Below, piece by piece: positions 42,266-57,274 of a DNA stretch of 64,000 nt; the first letter of the stretch is position 1; each line of letters opens with the position of its first letter. The notes beneath the pieces are model-generated. The model saw nothing but the letters and a program-made list of their open reading frames with translations, had not been told where the DNA came from and ran no database searches. The translations under genes were made by a program, and so were the position numbers. Source of the DNA: Paraspadella gotoi (Eukaryota; Animalia; Chaetognatha); the NCBI GenBank assembly GCA_051294375.1, contig CM119263.1:9292432-9356431 (forward strand). The letters are read 5' to 3'.

Positions 42266-43820
42266 TGTGGAAGGGAGGTGGATCTGCTCGGGGGATGTTT
42301 AATTGTTGGAAGGGGAGGGGCTAAGCCGATTCGAAATTCCTCTCGAGTCAGCCGATCGGCGAAAAAGATTAGCTGGAGTAGTAGTAGCCGGCTCCTTACT
42401 CGAATTTAATGAAAACTCGATGTTTGTAGTTCAAAATTTAGGGCAAAACAGTTTGGAAGTCGAAGAGAATCTGCGGGAGAAAAAGAAAATAGAAAATCCT
42501 TCATGAAATTTAATTTTTTTTTTAAAATTGTGAAAGAAAAAAGTCATTAAAAAAAAGCATTCACGCATTGTTAAACAAAGTTTACGGAAGAATTCTTGAA
42601 TTCGAAAAAAATATTTTCCATTCACTACTTGAATCCGGGTTCAAAGAATTACAGACGTCATCTGTAAAAATCTGTGAAATAAACGACGAATTCGCGATTA
42701 GTTCCGACACGAGATGGCGAAAAAAAAAGGGTCCTCTCTCAGTTCCGATGGGAAACGATGGAGATTTGTTTACATGGCGGGAGAATCGGCAATGACGTTC
42801 TCGTCGTCGTCGTTGTTGTCGTAGTTGTCGAAGTCCTTCGTCGTAGTTGTCGATCAAAACTTTTTTTTTAGTACTTGTTTTCTTTTTTCGAACACTTTTT
42901 TTATTTGGAGAAAACGTTTTTTAAAGATTAAAACTTTTTTTTTCGGTTCAGACTTACTAATTGATAATCGATTAAGATATTTTTTTTTTAAATTTTTTTA
43001 TTAAATTTTCAACATTCTTTCTGGTTAGTTAATTTTAAAAAGAATATAGTAAAAAACATAATACTTATGGCAGTGAAAAGACAGTTTTTTCTATTCGTAA
43101 TTTTTGCCGACACTGCTGGTTCGACATTTTTATTTGGGGTGCAGGTCAGAAAAACGCTGGTTCGGCTAAATGAAGATCTTTAGACGCCGTTTTTGTGAGA
43201 ACAGCTCAAGAAGACCTTTTTTTCTTTAGATAGAAAAGGATGTCATAAAAACAACACCGTTATAATAAAGGCGGGGCAGAGAGTCAATGTGGTTGGGATG
43301 TTCCCCTGGTTCCCCATCCTGTTAATCTTATTCTACCACTGAAAACTTTTTATTTATGAGGATTCGATTTCCTTACACTTATTCTTTTACATAATCAGAG
43401 ATAATCATTTTTAGCAACATCTCTATGTTTTCAGTCATAATGAATAATATTTCAAATAACGAAATGATAAAATAAACATTACATGATTATTACGTAATTA
43501 ATAAAAATTTAGCGAGGCATTCTTAGTTTAATGCCGATTTTATTAACTTTGTGTCGACGAATGTTTTTTATCCAGTTTTGTTAATGCAATACTATTGATG
43601 TTGCTTCCGTTTTAATTTACTGTGGCGTTTGCCGTTGACCTCTCTGTTTTGCATTGCGCGTTGCAGCTTTTATTCGCTTCATTTATCGCTTTTATCGCTT
43701 TATTTTTGCTTTATACTTCGACGGACGCAACGGATTCAGTCATCCCATTCGCTGTTAACGAGTTCGTCAATTTGGGATGACATCGATCGACGTTCGCTGT
43801 TTTACTTCCCGATTCCATGA

Positions 43821-43989
<169 letters not shown>

Positions 43990-44115
43990 ATCCAAAATTG
44001 GAATTGAAGCGAAATTCCCGCGAAAGTGACTCGACAGAGAAACAGGATCTGAGTGAAGGGGAAGGGAAAAAAATAAGGAGGAGACTCTTTAAATCTGACA
44101 GAGAGCGAGAGAAAG

Positions 44116-44151
<36 letters not shown>

Positions 44152-44729
44152 CGTGAATGAAAGAATGAATGAATGAATGAGGATTTTATCCCGCGGAAGT
44201 TTGTGTTTTCGCGTCGATAGTAAATGAAGAATGAAGTTATTGGTATCGATGACGTTAACTCCGAAGACGACGACGACGACGACGACGACGATGCGGAAAA
44301 TTCGTGGGATTCGGACCGCGATTTCGTGGGTCGGGTTCGGCTTAAACTGGAAGGTGAGTTATCGCGCGTCATTCGAGATTTCCCGTGAATAACGAGGTCG
44401 GTCGACAAAGTAAATGAAGACTATAGATCCACCAAACATTATGGTAAACAAGAAGTAGGCCTATCACAAAACGTGACGAGCTTGGGTTCTAAATTTTTCA
44501 CGGGTTCACATTTTACACTAGATAACCATAAATAAAAGATAAAGATTACAGAGGATCAAGAACCACGTCGTCGTCGTCGTTGTTGTTGTTGTTATTTTTG
44601 TTGTTTTTGTTGTTGTTGTTTTGTTGTTGTTGTTGTTGATGATGATTAATGATGATTATAATGATAATGATGATAAAGATGATGACGGTGATGTTGATAA
44701 TGATCATTATGACGATTGACGAAGATTAA

Positions 44730-44791
<62 letters not shown>
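44730..44791. repeat. (GAT)n microsatellite within a low-complexity tract
   Basis: Perfect trinucleotide run. Confidence 0.9.
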
Positions 44792-44795
<4 letters not shown>

Positions 44796-47700
44796 GAACG
44801 ACGTATGAGCAAAAAATGAAGAAAAAACCAAAATATGATTCTGTTAAAAAAAAACATCGACAAAAAAAAAGTGTTAGAAGAATAAGAAGAAGACGTGAAG
44901 CCGCGATGGTGAAAATCGTGAGAAGGGTGAGGTGCGCTTGGCGGGTGGGAAAGAGGAGTAGGCGCTTAGCCGGAGAAGAAAGAAGAGAAGTCTCTCGATT
45001 GAAGATTTAAACGAAGCTGAAAATGAATCGCTTTTATAACCAGTAATCACAGTTGCGGAATCATTCTCAGAGGGTCGAACCTCTGAGCGTAAGATAGACG
45101 ATGCTCTTGGAGGAAGAGAGTCGGCTTTGCTGCAGATGTGGAAGGCGCTTTTGCTGTAGATGTAGATTGTAGATTCTACTTTGCTTCATATATGAAAAGC
45201 GCTGAGCTGGCGAAGGAAGGTCTGCTGGAAAAAAAAGCGCAGATGATGTGAAATCGGATCCAGAGAATCACCGCCATGTGAGATGGACTGATGGGAGATG
45301 GAGTGATGGGGTGGGCCGATGGAGTGGAGAGATCAAAGATCAATGAAAATAACATTTTACAATTTCCGTTCTCATAGTTAAAACTAGTTGATTCCATCAA
45401 CTCCATTGAATGTTCATGCCGATCGATTTAAATTAACTTTTATGTTGAAGTATAACATCGTTTTCTAACAATATGAAATTGGTACAACCAATATAAAAAT
45501 TATATATGATATAAAACGATATTATACTTCAACATTATGTCTTCACATCACATGTACGATGACTCTAAAGCGAATTAACTTTAAGAGATATTTTTCACGA
45601 CATTCAATGATCAACGATCTCCTTTAACTAAAATGTATTATGATAAAATTCGATCCCTTAAACCCCCCCCCACTCTAAAATCCAGATTAGATTTCGCGTC
45701 GATGAGTCACGTAAATAGCGGCGCCAAGGGCCGCGGGCCACGCGGGCTCTCGTGATCCGTGATCTCTTGACTCACGAGGGCAGAGCAATGGCCGCGCCCG
45801 GCCGGGCCTCGAGGGACCTTCAACCGCGGCTGCGGGCGCTCTTGAGCTATGTAGGATTGTAGGTTCTGTCGGGGCGTGAGAGAATTCAGAAAAGCGAAAA
45901 TCCTGCCAGGCTACTCGATTCGACTGGAAGACCTGCGGAGAAGGCAAAACTTTGAATTATTTGTTTTCAAAACAAAAATCCGTTTTTGATGTTAAAAAAG
46001 CGAAAAATGTGGGAGAGGAAATAGGAAAAGATCGAAGAAAAAAGACTTGAGGAACGGAATCGAACTCGATTTAGCCGCGAAAAAAAAAATCATAAATGAA
46101 TTATGTGATTATTCATATTTAAAAAAAAAAAGGGTTATTCACGCTTTCGTTTTTTACTTAATTTGATGAGTTATTCGTTTTATTTTAATTTCTCTGAAAA
46201 TGTTTTATAATTTTAAAGTCATTATTAATTTTTATCTTAATTGAAATTTTAAACTTGTTAGGGAATTTAAAATTTCGCCAAAAATTGAAACGTGACAACA
46301 TTTTAACTTTTCAAGGAGTCCCTTGTCAAAAAAAAAGGAAATGGGGGGGGAAAAAATTTAAAAGCCTGAAATGGAAAAGTGATGGCCATTTTTGATAGGA
46401 GATAAGAGCGACAGAAATCGCGGCAGGTGGCGGGAAAAAAAACTTTAAAACTTTACGAGTCTGATTTGGAGAGGCCCTTCTCGTGACAGGACTGAAGGAC
46501 TAATCTAATGTTCATGACTGCTAAAAATACTGTCAGTTGTACTGGTTTGCAATAACATAGTGCAAGGCATGAGCTATGGTCAAAGTACACCTTCCATTAA
46601 TAAAATCGGCGAACGAATGATGAGCTCATTTATAATATGACATTAAGTGTCATAAGTGTCAATTGGTTAACTGAGGTTTAAAAGGCCCGATCTCTAGATT
46701 AGTTGTCAAGTCTTGGATTTTCGATAACAGAGATCTAGGGAAGGAAAACCATTTCTTGGACAAAGAGAAATATCGAAATCGAAAAATGGTTTAAGTATAT
46801 TGTATGTATTATATGTACGCTTCAACTTCACGATGTATGAATTTGACCAAAAAAGGGAAAAATAACAAACAAGAGTAGCTTTATAAAATTCTAACGTTAA
46901 AACAGTTAAGCGGGTCTCATGGCTTGTCAAAACTCAGTCGAAGAGATCACCATTTCACAGATCTCACGGGCTGTCGCAGTTGGGCGTTTCACAGCGAGAG
47001 ACATCAACGTTTAAAAGGAGCGATCAACTCCCTTCTGCCAACCGACATCCAACGTCGACCGCGGATAGGAATTATGTGGGAAAAACGAGAGTGAAAGATA
47101 TGGAAAAAAATGTATCTATTGTCGCGATCATAATCATATATTATTGGCGAATAACAATGTGATACAGAGAATACACGTTGATTATGGGAGATCATAGGAC
47201 TAAACTAAAAAGAGAGAGCGCGGCACAGATAAAGTAAGAGAGAGAGAGAGAGAGAGAGAGTCAGTAACCGGCCTTCTTCGCGACCGCTAAACATAATGGC
47301 CACCGAGGGTAAAAATAAAATTTCTCAAATTTTGACAACTGACCAGTTATTCAAACATCCTGGGCTGTCGTCCACAAAGATATCTCGTTTTCCCGAGTGG
47401 GCGAAATCGATTCGGTTGGTCTCGGGAGTTTTTTTTTTTACTTTTTTGAAACTTTAATTTGCGCTGTAGAAAAATTCAAAGTTCGAAAAAAACGTTCAAG
47501 TGATGAAAGAGTAGATTTGTTTCTCGATGACTCTTAAATTTTAAAGAAAGCAGCATACATGTATAATATACATTGTATATCTTGAAAAGATTTTCTTAAA
47601 TCCATCTGTTTATTCTGGTTAAGTTTCGTCTTGTCCATCTCTTCGCGTGATTAATCTTGACTATATAACTTGGCGTTTTATACACCGACAAAAAATAGCG

Positions 47701-47861
47701 TGACAAACGAAGCAAAACCTTTCGTTTAATTCTCGTCATCGCTTCAAAGGGTCGTTGTTCTTTTGTGTACATTTCGCCTTGGTAATCATTCTGACCCTTT
47801 CGTTTTACAAATTTAGTTTTTACGTGAGACTTTTATGCGAGATGTTTGAACGGGAGAGAAA

Positions 47862-47897
<36 letters not shown>

Positions 47898-47916
47898 TAA
47901 GATGAGCTCGAGAAAA

Positions 47917-48780
47917 GCTAATTTAATAATCAATACGAATATGAATAAAGCTGACGATGACGACGAAGTCGATGTCGTTAAATAATACATATTATATTGT
48001 CGAGTCTTTGCCAAAGCGATTACTCAATTCGCGTTGCGAGTTTTGTGTTAATGAAAATCAGAATATGGAGAGTTAATTTAATAATCACTTCGAATATGAA
48101 TAAAGCTGAGAATGTCGACGAAGACGACGACGTCCAATAATATATATTATATTGTCGAGTCTTTGCCAAAGCTATTACTCAATTCGCGTTGCGAGTTTCG
48201 TATTAATGAAAATCAGAAAGTGACGATCGCGAAACAACGCGAAGGAGAGCTAATTTAATAATTAATACAAATATGAATATAGCTGGCAATGTCAACAAAG
48301 ATGATGAGGTCAAATAATGCATATTATATTGTCGAGTCTTTGCCAAAGCTATTACTCAATTCGCGTTGCGAGTTTCGTATTAATAAAAATCAGAAAGTGA
48401 CGATCGCGAAACAACGCGAAGGAGAGCTAATTTAATAGTTAATGCAAATATGAATAAAGCTGGCAATGTCGACAAAGACGATGAGGTCAAATAATACGTA
48501 TTATATTGTCGAGTCTTTGCCAAAGCTATTACTCAATTTGCATCGCAAGTTTTGTATTAATGAAAATCAGAAAGTGACGATTGCGAAACAACGCAAAGGA
48601 GAGCTAATTTAATAATTAATACAAATATGAATAAAGCTGGCAATGTCAACAAAGACGATGAGGTGAAATAATACGTATTATATTGTCGAGTCTTTGCCAA
48701 AGCTATTACTCAATTCGCGTTGCGAGTTTCGTATTAATGAAAATCAGAAAGTGACGATCGCGAAACAACGCGAAGGAGAG
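47917..48780. repeat. Tandem array of ~177-bp units (about 5 copies)
   Basis: Units start at ~47917, ~48071, 48249, 48426 and 48603; the period is 177 for the last three. Confidence 0.93.
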
Positions 48781-48872
48781 CGAACAAGTACAGATTTGTC
48801 GATAGAGATGTCATCTTGTAGTCGGGCATTGCCTAGGTTCACCCCGCCTATAAGCATGACACCTTCAGTCCT

Positions 48873-49120
48873 GACCCGGTGGATCATTGAGTAAAGCCAT
48901 CAGCTTATGACCACAAGGTAGCGGGTTCAATCCCAACCCGGTACCTACCCTGCGGGAAGCGAGAGGACGGCCGTAAGCCGCCTTGGGGGCGTGGCAACCC
49001 CTCAAGCCTGGTTCCAAGCCCAGGACCCGTTCCATGGCTACTATAGGGGGTTATAGAGTTACGGATAGTCATCTTCAGCCCACTTAGCGCCTTATCCACA
49101 ATCTTGTCTTGTAAGATTGT
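48873..49120 (+). mobile_element. tRNA-derived SINE-like element
   Basis: The head GACCCGGTGGATCATTGAGTAAAG...GCGGGTTCAATCCCAACCCGG has degenerate A and B boxes but no intact cloverleaf, and is followed by a GC-rich body with hairpins. Confidence 0.5.
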
Positions 49121-49359
49121 CATTTCGTTAGTTTGAAAACATTAAAAACAAATTTCTGGACCATTATAAAGAGAAAAGAAACTAAAAACAATGGAAACAT
49201 CTGAGGTGAGGCTTTCGTGAGAATCCCACTCGCCCGATATGGTAAGTTCTTTTAGCTTTTCTCCTCAAGACCCAACTGAGACACATCAAATTGCTAAAGT
49301 TTGACGGGAAAGTCTCTCTCTCTCTCTCTCTCTCTCTTTGCAGGATTCAGTAAAAGCTT

Positions 49360-49395
<36 letters not shown>

Positions 49396-52347
49396 TGTGT
49401 GATTTACCGGAAATGGCGCGCATTGTTGAAAAAAATTACTTTTATTATCTTTTCTTTTCTGTGGAATATGTTTAAAAGTCTATCGATTAAACATTAAATT
49501 AACGTTCGCGGGTTCCTGCAAAATATCAGCCGTCGGTTTCGGACATTTCAGTGATTATAATTATCTGATATGAGAAAGCGAAGTTCAATTCATATGGCAT
49601 AAATCGAAATGCGATTGCTTCCGAGTCGTTGACTGAATCTCAAAAATTGTAACGAGTTTCGCGCGCTTTTTTGGTGCGAATTTTGACCCCATGGCAAAAG
49701 AAAAAGAAGTCCAAACAAAAATGCATTATAGTTAAGCGGATGAAAAGTTGCGTAAGAAAAAAATAAAAATGAGCAATAGGAAAGAAGACAAAATGAAATA
49801 TAAGAATAAAAAAAAAATTTTAAAGATGAATCACAAAAAAAGATTTTTTTTTAAATAATAGTACACAATTACAGAAAAGCACAATAATACAACTCATATC
49901 CAAATATTAGGTAAAATCAAAGCTAAAAGATGTTTCGTAACTTAAAAGATATTGACAAATTCGTAGACGTGTACAACTGTACATTACATGACACAACATC
50001 ACATAAAAGCGCAAAAAAAAAATACAAGGAATAAAAATATTGAATCCGAATCAAAGTCTAACAAAAAAATGTCGCTGACAAAAAATGGAGAGCACCCATT
50101 CGTCCATAAGAAAAAAAAGTAGGGTGAATTTGATTTTCGTTTATGAACAGAGATCGGCCTCTCTCTCGTTCTTCGCCTTTTTATACGAAGTCGATGGCTT
50201 CATCCGAATCACGGATGTTATTTCTCCGTTGTCGTTGTTGTTGTTGTTGTTTAGTACCCGGATTAGATTATCAACCCGGATGAAGAAGACTATGTCAGCG
50301 CCATCGCGTTGCTTTACAGCGAAAAACCGACAACATCCCTATTTCCGAAATCCTTTCACCTTTTTCTCAAGATCATAATTGATATTTGCTCCATTTTCTT
50401 TTATTCCTTCGTTTTTCTCATTTTATTTATTAAAAACTTAAAAGTTGTGAAGAATGGAATCGTTTGAAATGAATATAGGGAGGCATTTGTATCTACTGTA
50501 TCTACAGTATCTACTGTATCTACTGTATCTACTTTGTATAACTGTAAGAGTGGGAAAGTTAATCAAGGGCTGCTAAAGACTAAAGAGATTCTTTTGCCTC
50601 GTGTAAATATATCTATATAATTAACAGTTAAGTAGTTTCTAATTTTTTTTTTTAATTTCTTACTTTCTCGCTCTTTATTTGTGGCCACGTGAAATCTCAC
50701 GTTTGAATCCGCAACGGGTTGGATTTTGATTTCTTGTTGAATTTAGTTATTGTTTTTTTTTTTTTTTGTTTTTTTTTGTTTTGTTTTTTTTAATTATTAT
50801 TAAAATTTATTTTTCGCCTGAACTAAATATCTATCAAGTATCATCTGAATTTTTCAGTTTCTACTCAATTCGAAGTAATTGGCAAGATTAAATGACATAA
50901 GTTATGTCATATGTCATAACCTTATATTAATTTCAATTCGTATTGAATGGGTGTTCGCGTAGGGTGGGATGGGAGAACTTGAAGGGGTCGGAAATACCTC
51001 GCCATCCGACGCCCGAAGACGATATATTGGATCATTGAGATTCGCGTTGACTGGGAGGTGAAGAAACAGAAGAAGCTTTCGAAAACATCGTTTAAACAAT
51101 CTCTTATAATTTTATTTTTTTATGTGAAATTAATAAACCCTCGTTTTAATTTCTCTTCAACAAAATGTAACCTCAGAAGTCATAACTATTGAAACATTAT
51201 CATTGGTGATCGGCCGTCGTTTTGTTATATTTCGATAACAGTTGCTATTTTGTTTTATTTTTCCATTGACTAGTGTCCTCTTTTACTTATCTGTAAAAAA
51301 CTAATGCACCCGTAAAAACAAAATAACCTTATGAAGACTTATGAATAACCTTATGAAGTGTCCAGTTTAGCAAGCTCCCACTCATATGTAGTGCCCAGTG
51401 GGTCTGAAGATTTTGCAGTCTGTTCCCCTTCTTTCCGGATCTTCGGCTTCGGTGGTAGAGTTTAACCGTCCCGTCTCTCTATTGGAAGGACCGTTCCAAC
51501 TGGGGCTCAGATATAATGCAAATCCCAAATCCCAATGCATCTTGCCTTATCATGCCTTACTCAAAGGGTGGTTATATAACGTCACTACACTTTTGTTGTA
51601 TTTTACATGAACGAATTTCTGTGGAGTTCCAAAAGACAAGTTTATCATTTAAAGACATTCTTCGTTTCAGAAGACCAAATCTTTTGTTTTTTTTTTAATT
51701 ATGCCGATTTAATACCCCTACCGTTCAATTGTATAGTGTAGGATAACAAAACAACATCAGCTCAGATCGAGTTATCCATGTCTCAAACTGATTTTTGGCT
51801 TTATTAAATGTTTCAGGATAAAATGAGGTGAATGCGATAATATGAATGTTTTCGGAATGATACAATGATCACAACACGGTCAGTCATGTAGAAGTTCTGA
51901 ATCCCTTAATCAGTCTTAGCGATGGTCTGTCTCTCTCTCTGTCTCGTTCAAACATCAAAGCCAGATAATATAATTTTTTTGTTCATCGCAGCTCCCAGCT
52001 TCTTTGACTAACTGAGTAAGTATACTTAATCAACAGCAGGAAGCAAGTACATCGAATCTGAAAAATCTTTTGACTAATACTATAACTGCTACTAGGAGCT
52101 AGGAAGGCGTTGGCTGTAGTTTTTGAGGTTCTCTAGTGGTTTTTTTTTCTTCTTTCTCTCTTTCTCTCTCTTCCTCTTCATTCCTCTTCTCCGCAACGAG
52201 GCAACGTCTGCACAAAGGAAACGGATCGAGTCGGACCGGCCACAGACAGGAGCCTCGCCTCGGAGAAGAACCGAATCTCTAGTTCTTTCCTCGTGTCGGC
52301 GGCGGTCTTCTTCGTCGTCGTCGTTGTCGTCATCGTCGACTTCGTCA

Positions 52348-52447
<100 letters not shown>

Positions 52448-52536
52448 GTGAAGTGTGTTCCCCGCACAGTCTCCTCTCTCTCTTTCTCTCCATCGGCAGA
52501 GGATCGTTTCCCTCCCGCCGGAGCGCCAGAGTCCTA

Positions 52537-52614
<78 letters not shown>

Positions 52615-54230
52615 TCTCTCGAACGTGTCACTCGACCGCTTTCCAATCTCGACGGCCCCCTCTTCCCGCCAAACTTCCACCCCAGCCTTCGAAGGCTCGA
52701 CGGCAGCAGCTGCCCGGTGGCACCGCCGCTGCATCGACCGTCGAGTTTTCTTCCTGCCGCCGCTGCTGCGCTGCGCTTGAATTTTTGAATTTTTAAAAAA
52801 CGGTTTCTTGAGGCGGCGGGTAACTAAACGGAGCGGTCGAGCGGTCGGACTGTGAGAGCGAGAGAAAGAAAGAAAAAGAGAGAGAAGCTCTGGATGTTAG
52901 TGGAAGCCGACGCGAACTCAAGTGCGTGCTGAGGGGGGGTGGATGGCGAGACGAAGGGCCTCGTTGCGCGTGATCTTGTGCCGGCACTGAAAGGTCAGTC
53001 GCAAGTCGAGGGAAATTTTTAGAAAATAGTGAATCCCTCTGCTCAGATTGTGAAAAACGACTTTTTGGACAATTTAAAATGGCCAAAAGTTTTCAGTTTT
53101 GATCCTAATCGAGTTTGACGTAACGACAAACAGCTGCTGCTTTTTGGAGGAAGGCCATAAAATATTACTTTGCGGTGTAGATGATTTGGAAGGAGAAAGG
53201 GAACGTCGAGCGAAGTCGACTCCGGATTGCGTGTTCGACGAACTCAGCCTGGACTTCGCGGTCTTTTTGGAAATCTATGAGGCCGATTGGTCGAATCATT
53301 AAATTTCGCGCGGTTAATCAATAATTAATTAGATATACATGTCATAAAAGTCAGAGCTCTTTAGGCTTTCATTTCGAAGCAAGTTTAGTATTATAGCATA
53401 AAAATCTGCTTTTCGATTTGAATATTTTCAAAAAAGTTTTTATTCACGGGGCAAACTTGATCAGGGAAGAACCAAACTATTTAAAACATCGTTCTTTCCT
53501 TTCGTCTCTTTTCAAAGAGCTTTCACTATTGAGTTGTAAAAATGTCAGCTTGTCTCAGACTCGCCGATCACGGTGAAACAAGAACTGAATGCAGTCACAA
53601 TTGCGGAAAAGTCCGTGGCAACAAAGCTCCGTTCTCGCTTTGAATGGCATCAAATACGGCAACACACTCGTACAAATAGGCATCTGGTTTATAAGGTAAT
53701 GGATGCTTGAAATTTTTTTTTGCATTGTCTGACGAGTCAATTCTTTGGCCGAGTCAAATGCACGTAAGATTTTCTTTGCTGTCGCTTCGAGGCTCTAATG
53801 AACGTTTCTGTCAAAACTTTTGGATGAATTAGACAAATCAAATATTATTTTTTTTACTCATTTCGTCTAGTTTCATATTCTATTCTTTTTAGTTCATGAC
53901 ATTTTCTAACGTTTTGATTTCTTACTTTAAACATCAGATTTATTATTAAAAAGTGTTATAACAATTATATGGACATAGTGAAATTTAAAGTCTAATCGAA
54001 ATTAAAGATTGAGAATTGCCAGATGAAAAAAGGTAAAACTAAAAATTCCTTTGTAATCTATGTATATCCTATTGCCTAAATAAAAAAAGAAAGAAACTCA
54101 CGAAATCTAAGCTCATTCGAGGGCCGCCCGCACTCGGCGAGGGATGTGGGTCTAACCGATCATTTATCTCAAGCATTAACCATGATAACATGGCGGAGAT
54201 AAAAATGAGTAAGAAATCCTGGTCGCACTC

Positions 54231-54358
<128 letters not shown>

Positions 54359-56968
54359 TGAGACAGAGCACGGTCGACTTACTAACCCACATCCGATACC
54401 ATATTCTGGCGACTTGAGCCGGCAATGGCTGATCTCTTTCTTTATTTCTTTCTTTTTTGCCATCCCTATTTTTTTTTTAAATCCATTTTACCTTTCCCCT
54501 TATTCGCTTCCTTTATCCTTATAACGAGGATTATTATATTATTTTTATCACCTACTAATTTCTTTATTTCTTTGAACCTCTATATTCTTTTTCTTTTACC
54601 CGTTCTATTCATTTTTGTCATTTTCTTTATTCTTTTTATTCTCTCCCTATATTCACTAACACTATTTAATTTTATTTTTATAAAACATTGTCTTTATTTT
54701 TTCTTGTTTTCGATATCCTTTTATATTTTTCTTGTCCTCTTTCTACTTTCTCTTGTCCCACTAACCCTCCGCCTTTTTCTCGGCATTCGACGTCGAGAGC
54801 AGAGGAAAGAAAAATGGAGGTTGAAGAGAAGAAAAGAAAAGGGTAGGGGATGGTGAATCAAGAGGAAAGCGGGAAATGATAGGAGAGAGTGGAAAAGATA
54901 AAAGGAGGAACGGGTAAAGAAGAAGGGGAGAAAAGAGCGAGAGAGAGAGAAAGAGAGAGATAAAATTTAATAAGAGAGTACAAGAAAATAGTTAGAAATA
55001 GAAAATAATTCGCGCCCAGAACCGTTAAAACCATATGGGAAGAGTGTCGGCATTTTGGAATGGAGCCGAATTCCTAAACTGAGTCAGGATCGAGATCGTA
55101 ATCGGTTTTTGGAAAACGATCTTCGAACTTTGAAACCGAAAGGTCAAAGAATCCGGATCGAAAAAAAAAAACAAGATTGGTATTCTGTCTGTAGATTTCC
55201 TGAATTAGATTCGACAAACGACGAATTACAAGTGGTTTGGAATCGGGAAACTTCATTCCAACCCCGGGTTCAGAAGCGGAATCAGAATCGGGCTCAGCGT
55301 CCGGAAACGAGTCTCGATCGGCGATAATGAATTACAAGAAGAATCGGCAAAGGGATTTCCTTTCGGCGCCCGAAACAAAAGAGAAACGAAAGGAAAATAG
55401 GAAAGACAAAAAAAGAAAAAAAAAAAAAGGAACGCAGGCCGGAATGATAATTTTGTAATTATTATATGTAGCGTCTTATTTCCCTTTTTGATTATATGCA
55501 GCGTCTTATTTGTCTTTTTGACATTTTGACTTGCTGATTGTTATCAATGACATCAATGGTTTATAAATGTAGGAAAGTAATTTGGAAAAGTATGGAGGAG
55601 GAGGAACCTTGACGAAAAGTCAATTCCCTAAATAAAAAAAAAAATCGAAGAAAAAAAAAGGAAAAAAGAAATAGAATCTCATCCGCGAATAAAGATGAGA
55701 AAAAAAAATAGATTAAACGAAAGTTAAAGAGAAAAATGAAAGAGAGAAAAGAAAGAAAAAAGTTGAGAGTCTGTTGATCCCGTTGCCCTAGATTTCCTTG
55801 TCGAAGGCCGGGCTCGCTGGGGTTAATGACACAGTGGCCTCAATCCGCGGTTGCTCCTCCTTGCCGAGGGTCCTTGTCCTACTCTCTTCCTTCCCTATTT
55901 TTTTTCCCGAGCATGTCGAGCATGCATTGTTGGCAAACACTTTTCCGTTCTTTTCCTGCGTCTTTTAAATATATCAATGAATATATCACTTTTCTAAAGT
56001 TTATTAAATTTTGTATACGCTCCAGTTACCCACTCGAAATGATCTATTATTGATCTATTTATTCTTCGGGGATATTATCTGTCAATATCTCTCAATTTTC
56101 GTCCTTGTCCCCTTTTTGGTGGCTTTGTTTATGAATTTGGCACAACCAATATAAAAATATATATATATATAAATATATATGACTTTAGCTACGGTGAGTT
56201 AAGGCATCCAACCCTCTTTCAAGATAATACGTAACATAGTAGGGTCCTATGATTTTTAACTGCATTTTGGTTTTCTTTTTCATTTTCTCTTTTTAATTTA
56301 TTTCTTTATTATGTTTCTTTTTACCTAAACTTTCTCTCCTCACTAAACTCTTCCCTCTCTTCTCTCACATTCTCCATCCAATCTTTTCCCTTTTGTTTTA
56401 CGACAACGAATCCGACTTACTTCTCTTTGTCTTTCTATTCTTGTTTATTCTCTCAAGCCTCATAAATAATCGGACATTCTAGCAAGTATAGCCACAGGTA
56501 CGAGGCTCGACCCGGTTCTACACACAAAGAGCGATAAAAAAAAATAAATTTTTACCTCCGACTTTCAAATCTTCAAATCTCTCCCTGTATCCATCTCGAG
56601 TCTTCCTCTCTCTCTGTCTCTATCTATCTCTCTCTCTCTCTCTCTCTTTTATTTAACATTATCTTTTTTATTTTTCACTTCTCTTTACTTTTTTCCTCCA
56701 TTTCGTTCCGGTGGTGACTTCCTCCTTCCTACAATTCTTAGTCTTTTTCCTCCCAAAATCCCACCTTCCTCCCTCTCTCCTTTTTTTTTCCTCTTCGTCT
56801 TCTTCTCTCACCCTAGTTTTTCCCGTCCTGCCTCGTCCACTTCTCGTCGAATGCGGTGTGCTCCTCCTCTTCCTCCCTTTTGACTTACTTCCTTATCTAA
56901 TCGTCCCTTACCATGCGGCAGAAGCCTTTTTTTTATTCTCAGGCCCTCTCTCTCTGCTCTCTATCTCT

Positions 56969-57017
<49 letters not shown>

Positions 57018-57206
57018 GTCTCTCTCTTTTCTCTTTTCCTATTTTTCTCTCAGGCTGTCTCTCTCTCTATCATTTCCAGGACCGCCTGTCTCGTCTTTGA
57101 AGAGATCCTTTCAAAAAAAAAGTTAAAACTGCAAACCGGTTAACCGTCAACTTTAGGACAGTTGATAACAAATATTTATGTATAATACTCCCTCTCTCTC
57201 TCTCTC

Positions 57207-57274
<68 letters not shown>

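Noticed and set aside
47917-48780. CRISPR-like periodicity
   Set aside because: Whole units repeat with no unique spacers, no cas genes are present, and the context is eukaryotic.
46487-48873. 12-bp inverted pair CAGGACTGAAGG/CCTTCAGTCCTG
   Set aside because: Short, with no target-site duplication; cannot support a transposon boundary.
48995-49030. Twister-like GCCTGGTTCCAAGCCCAGG (similar hint at ~39760-39800)
   Set aside because: The remaining twister pseudoknot partners and cleavage site could not be assigned.
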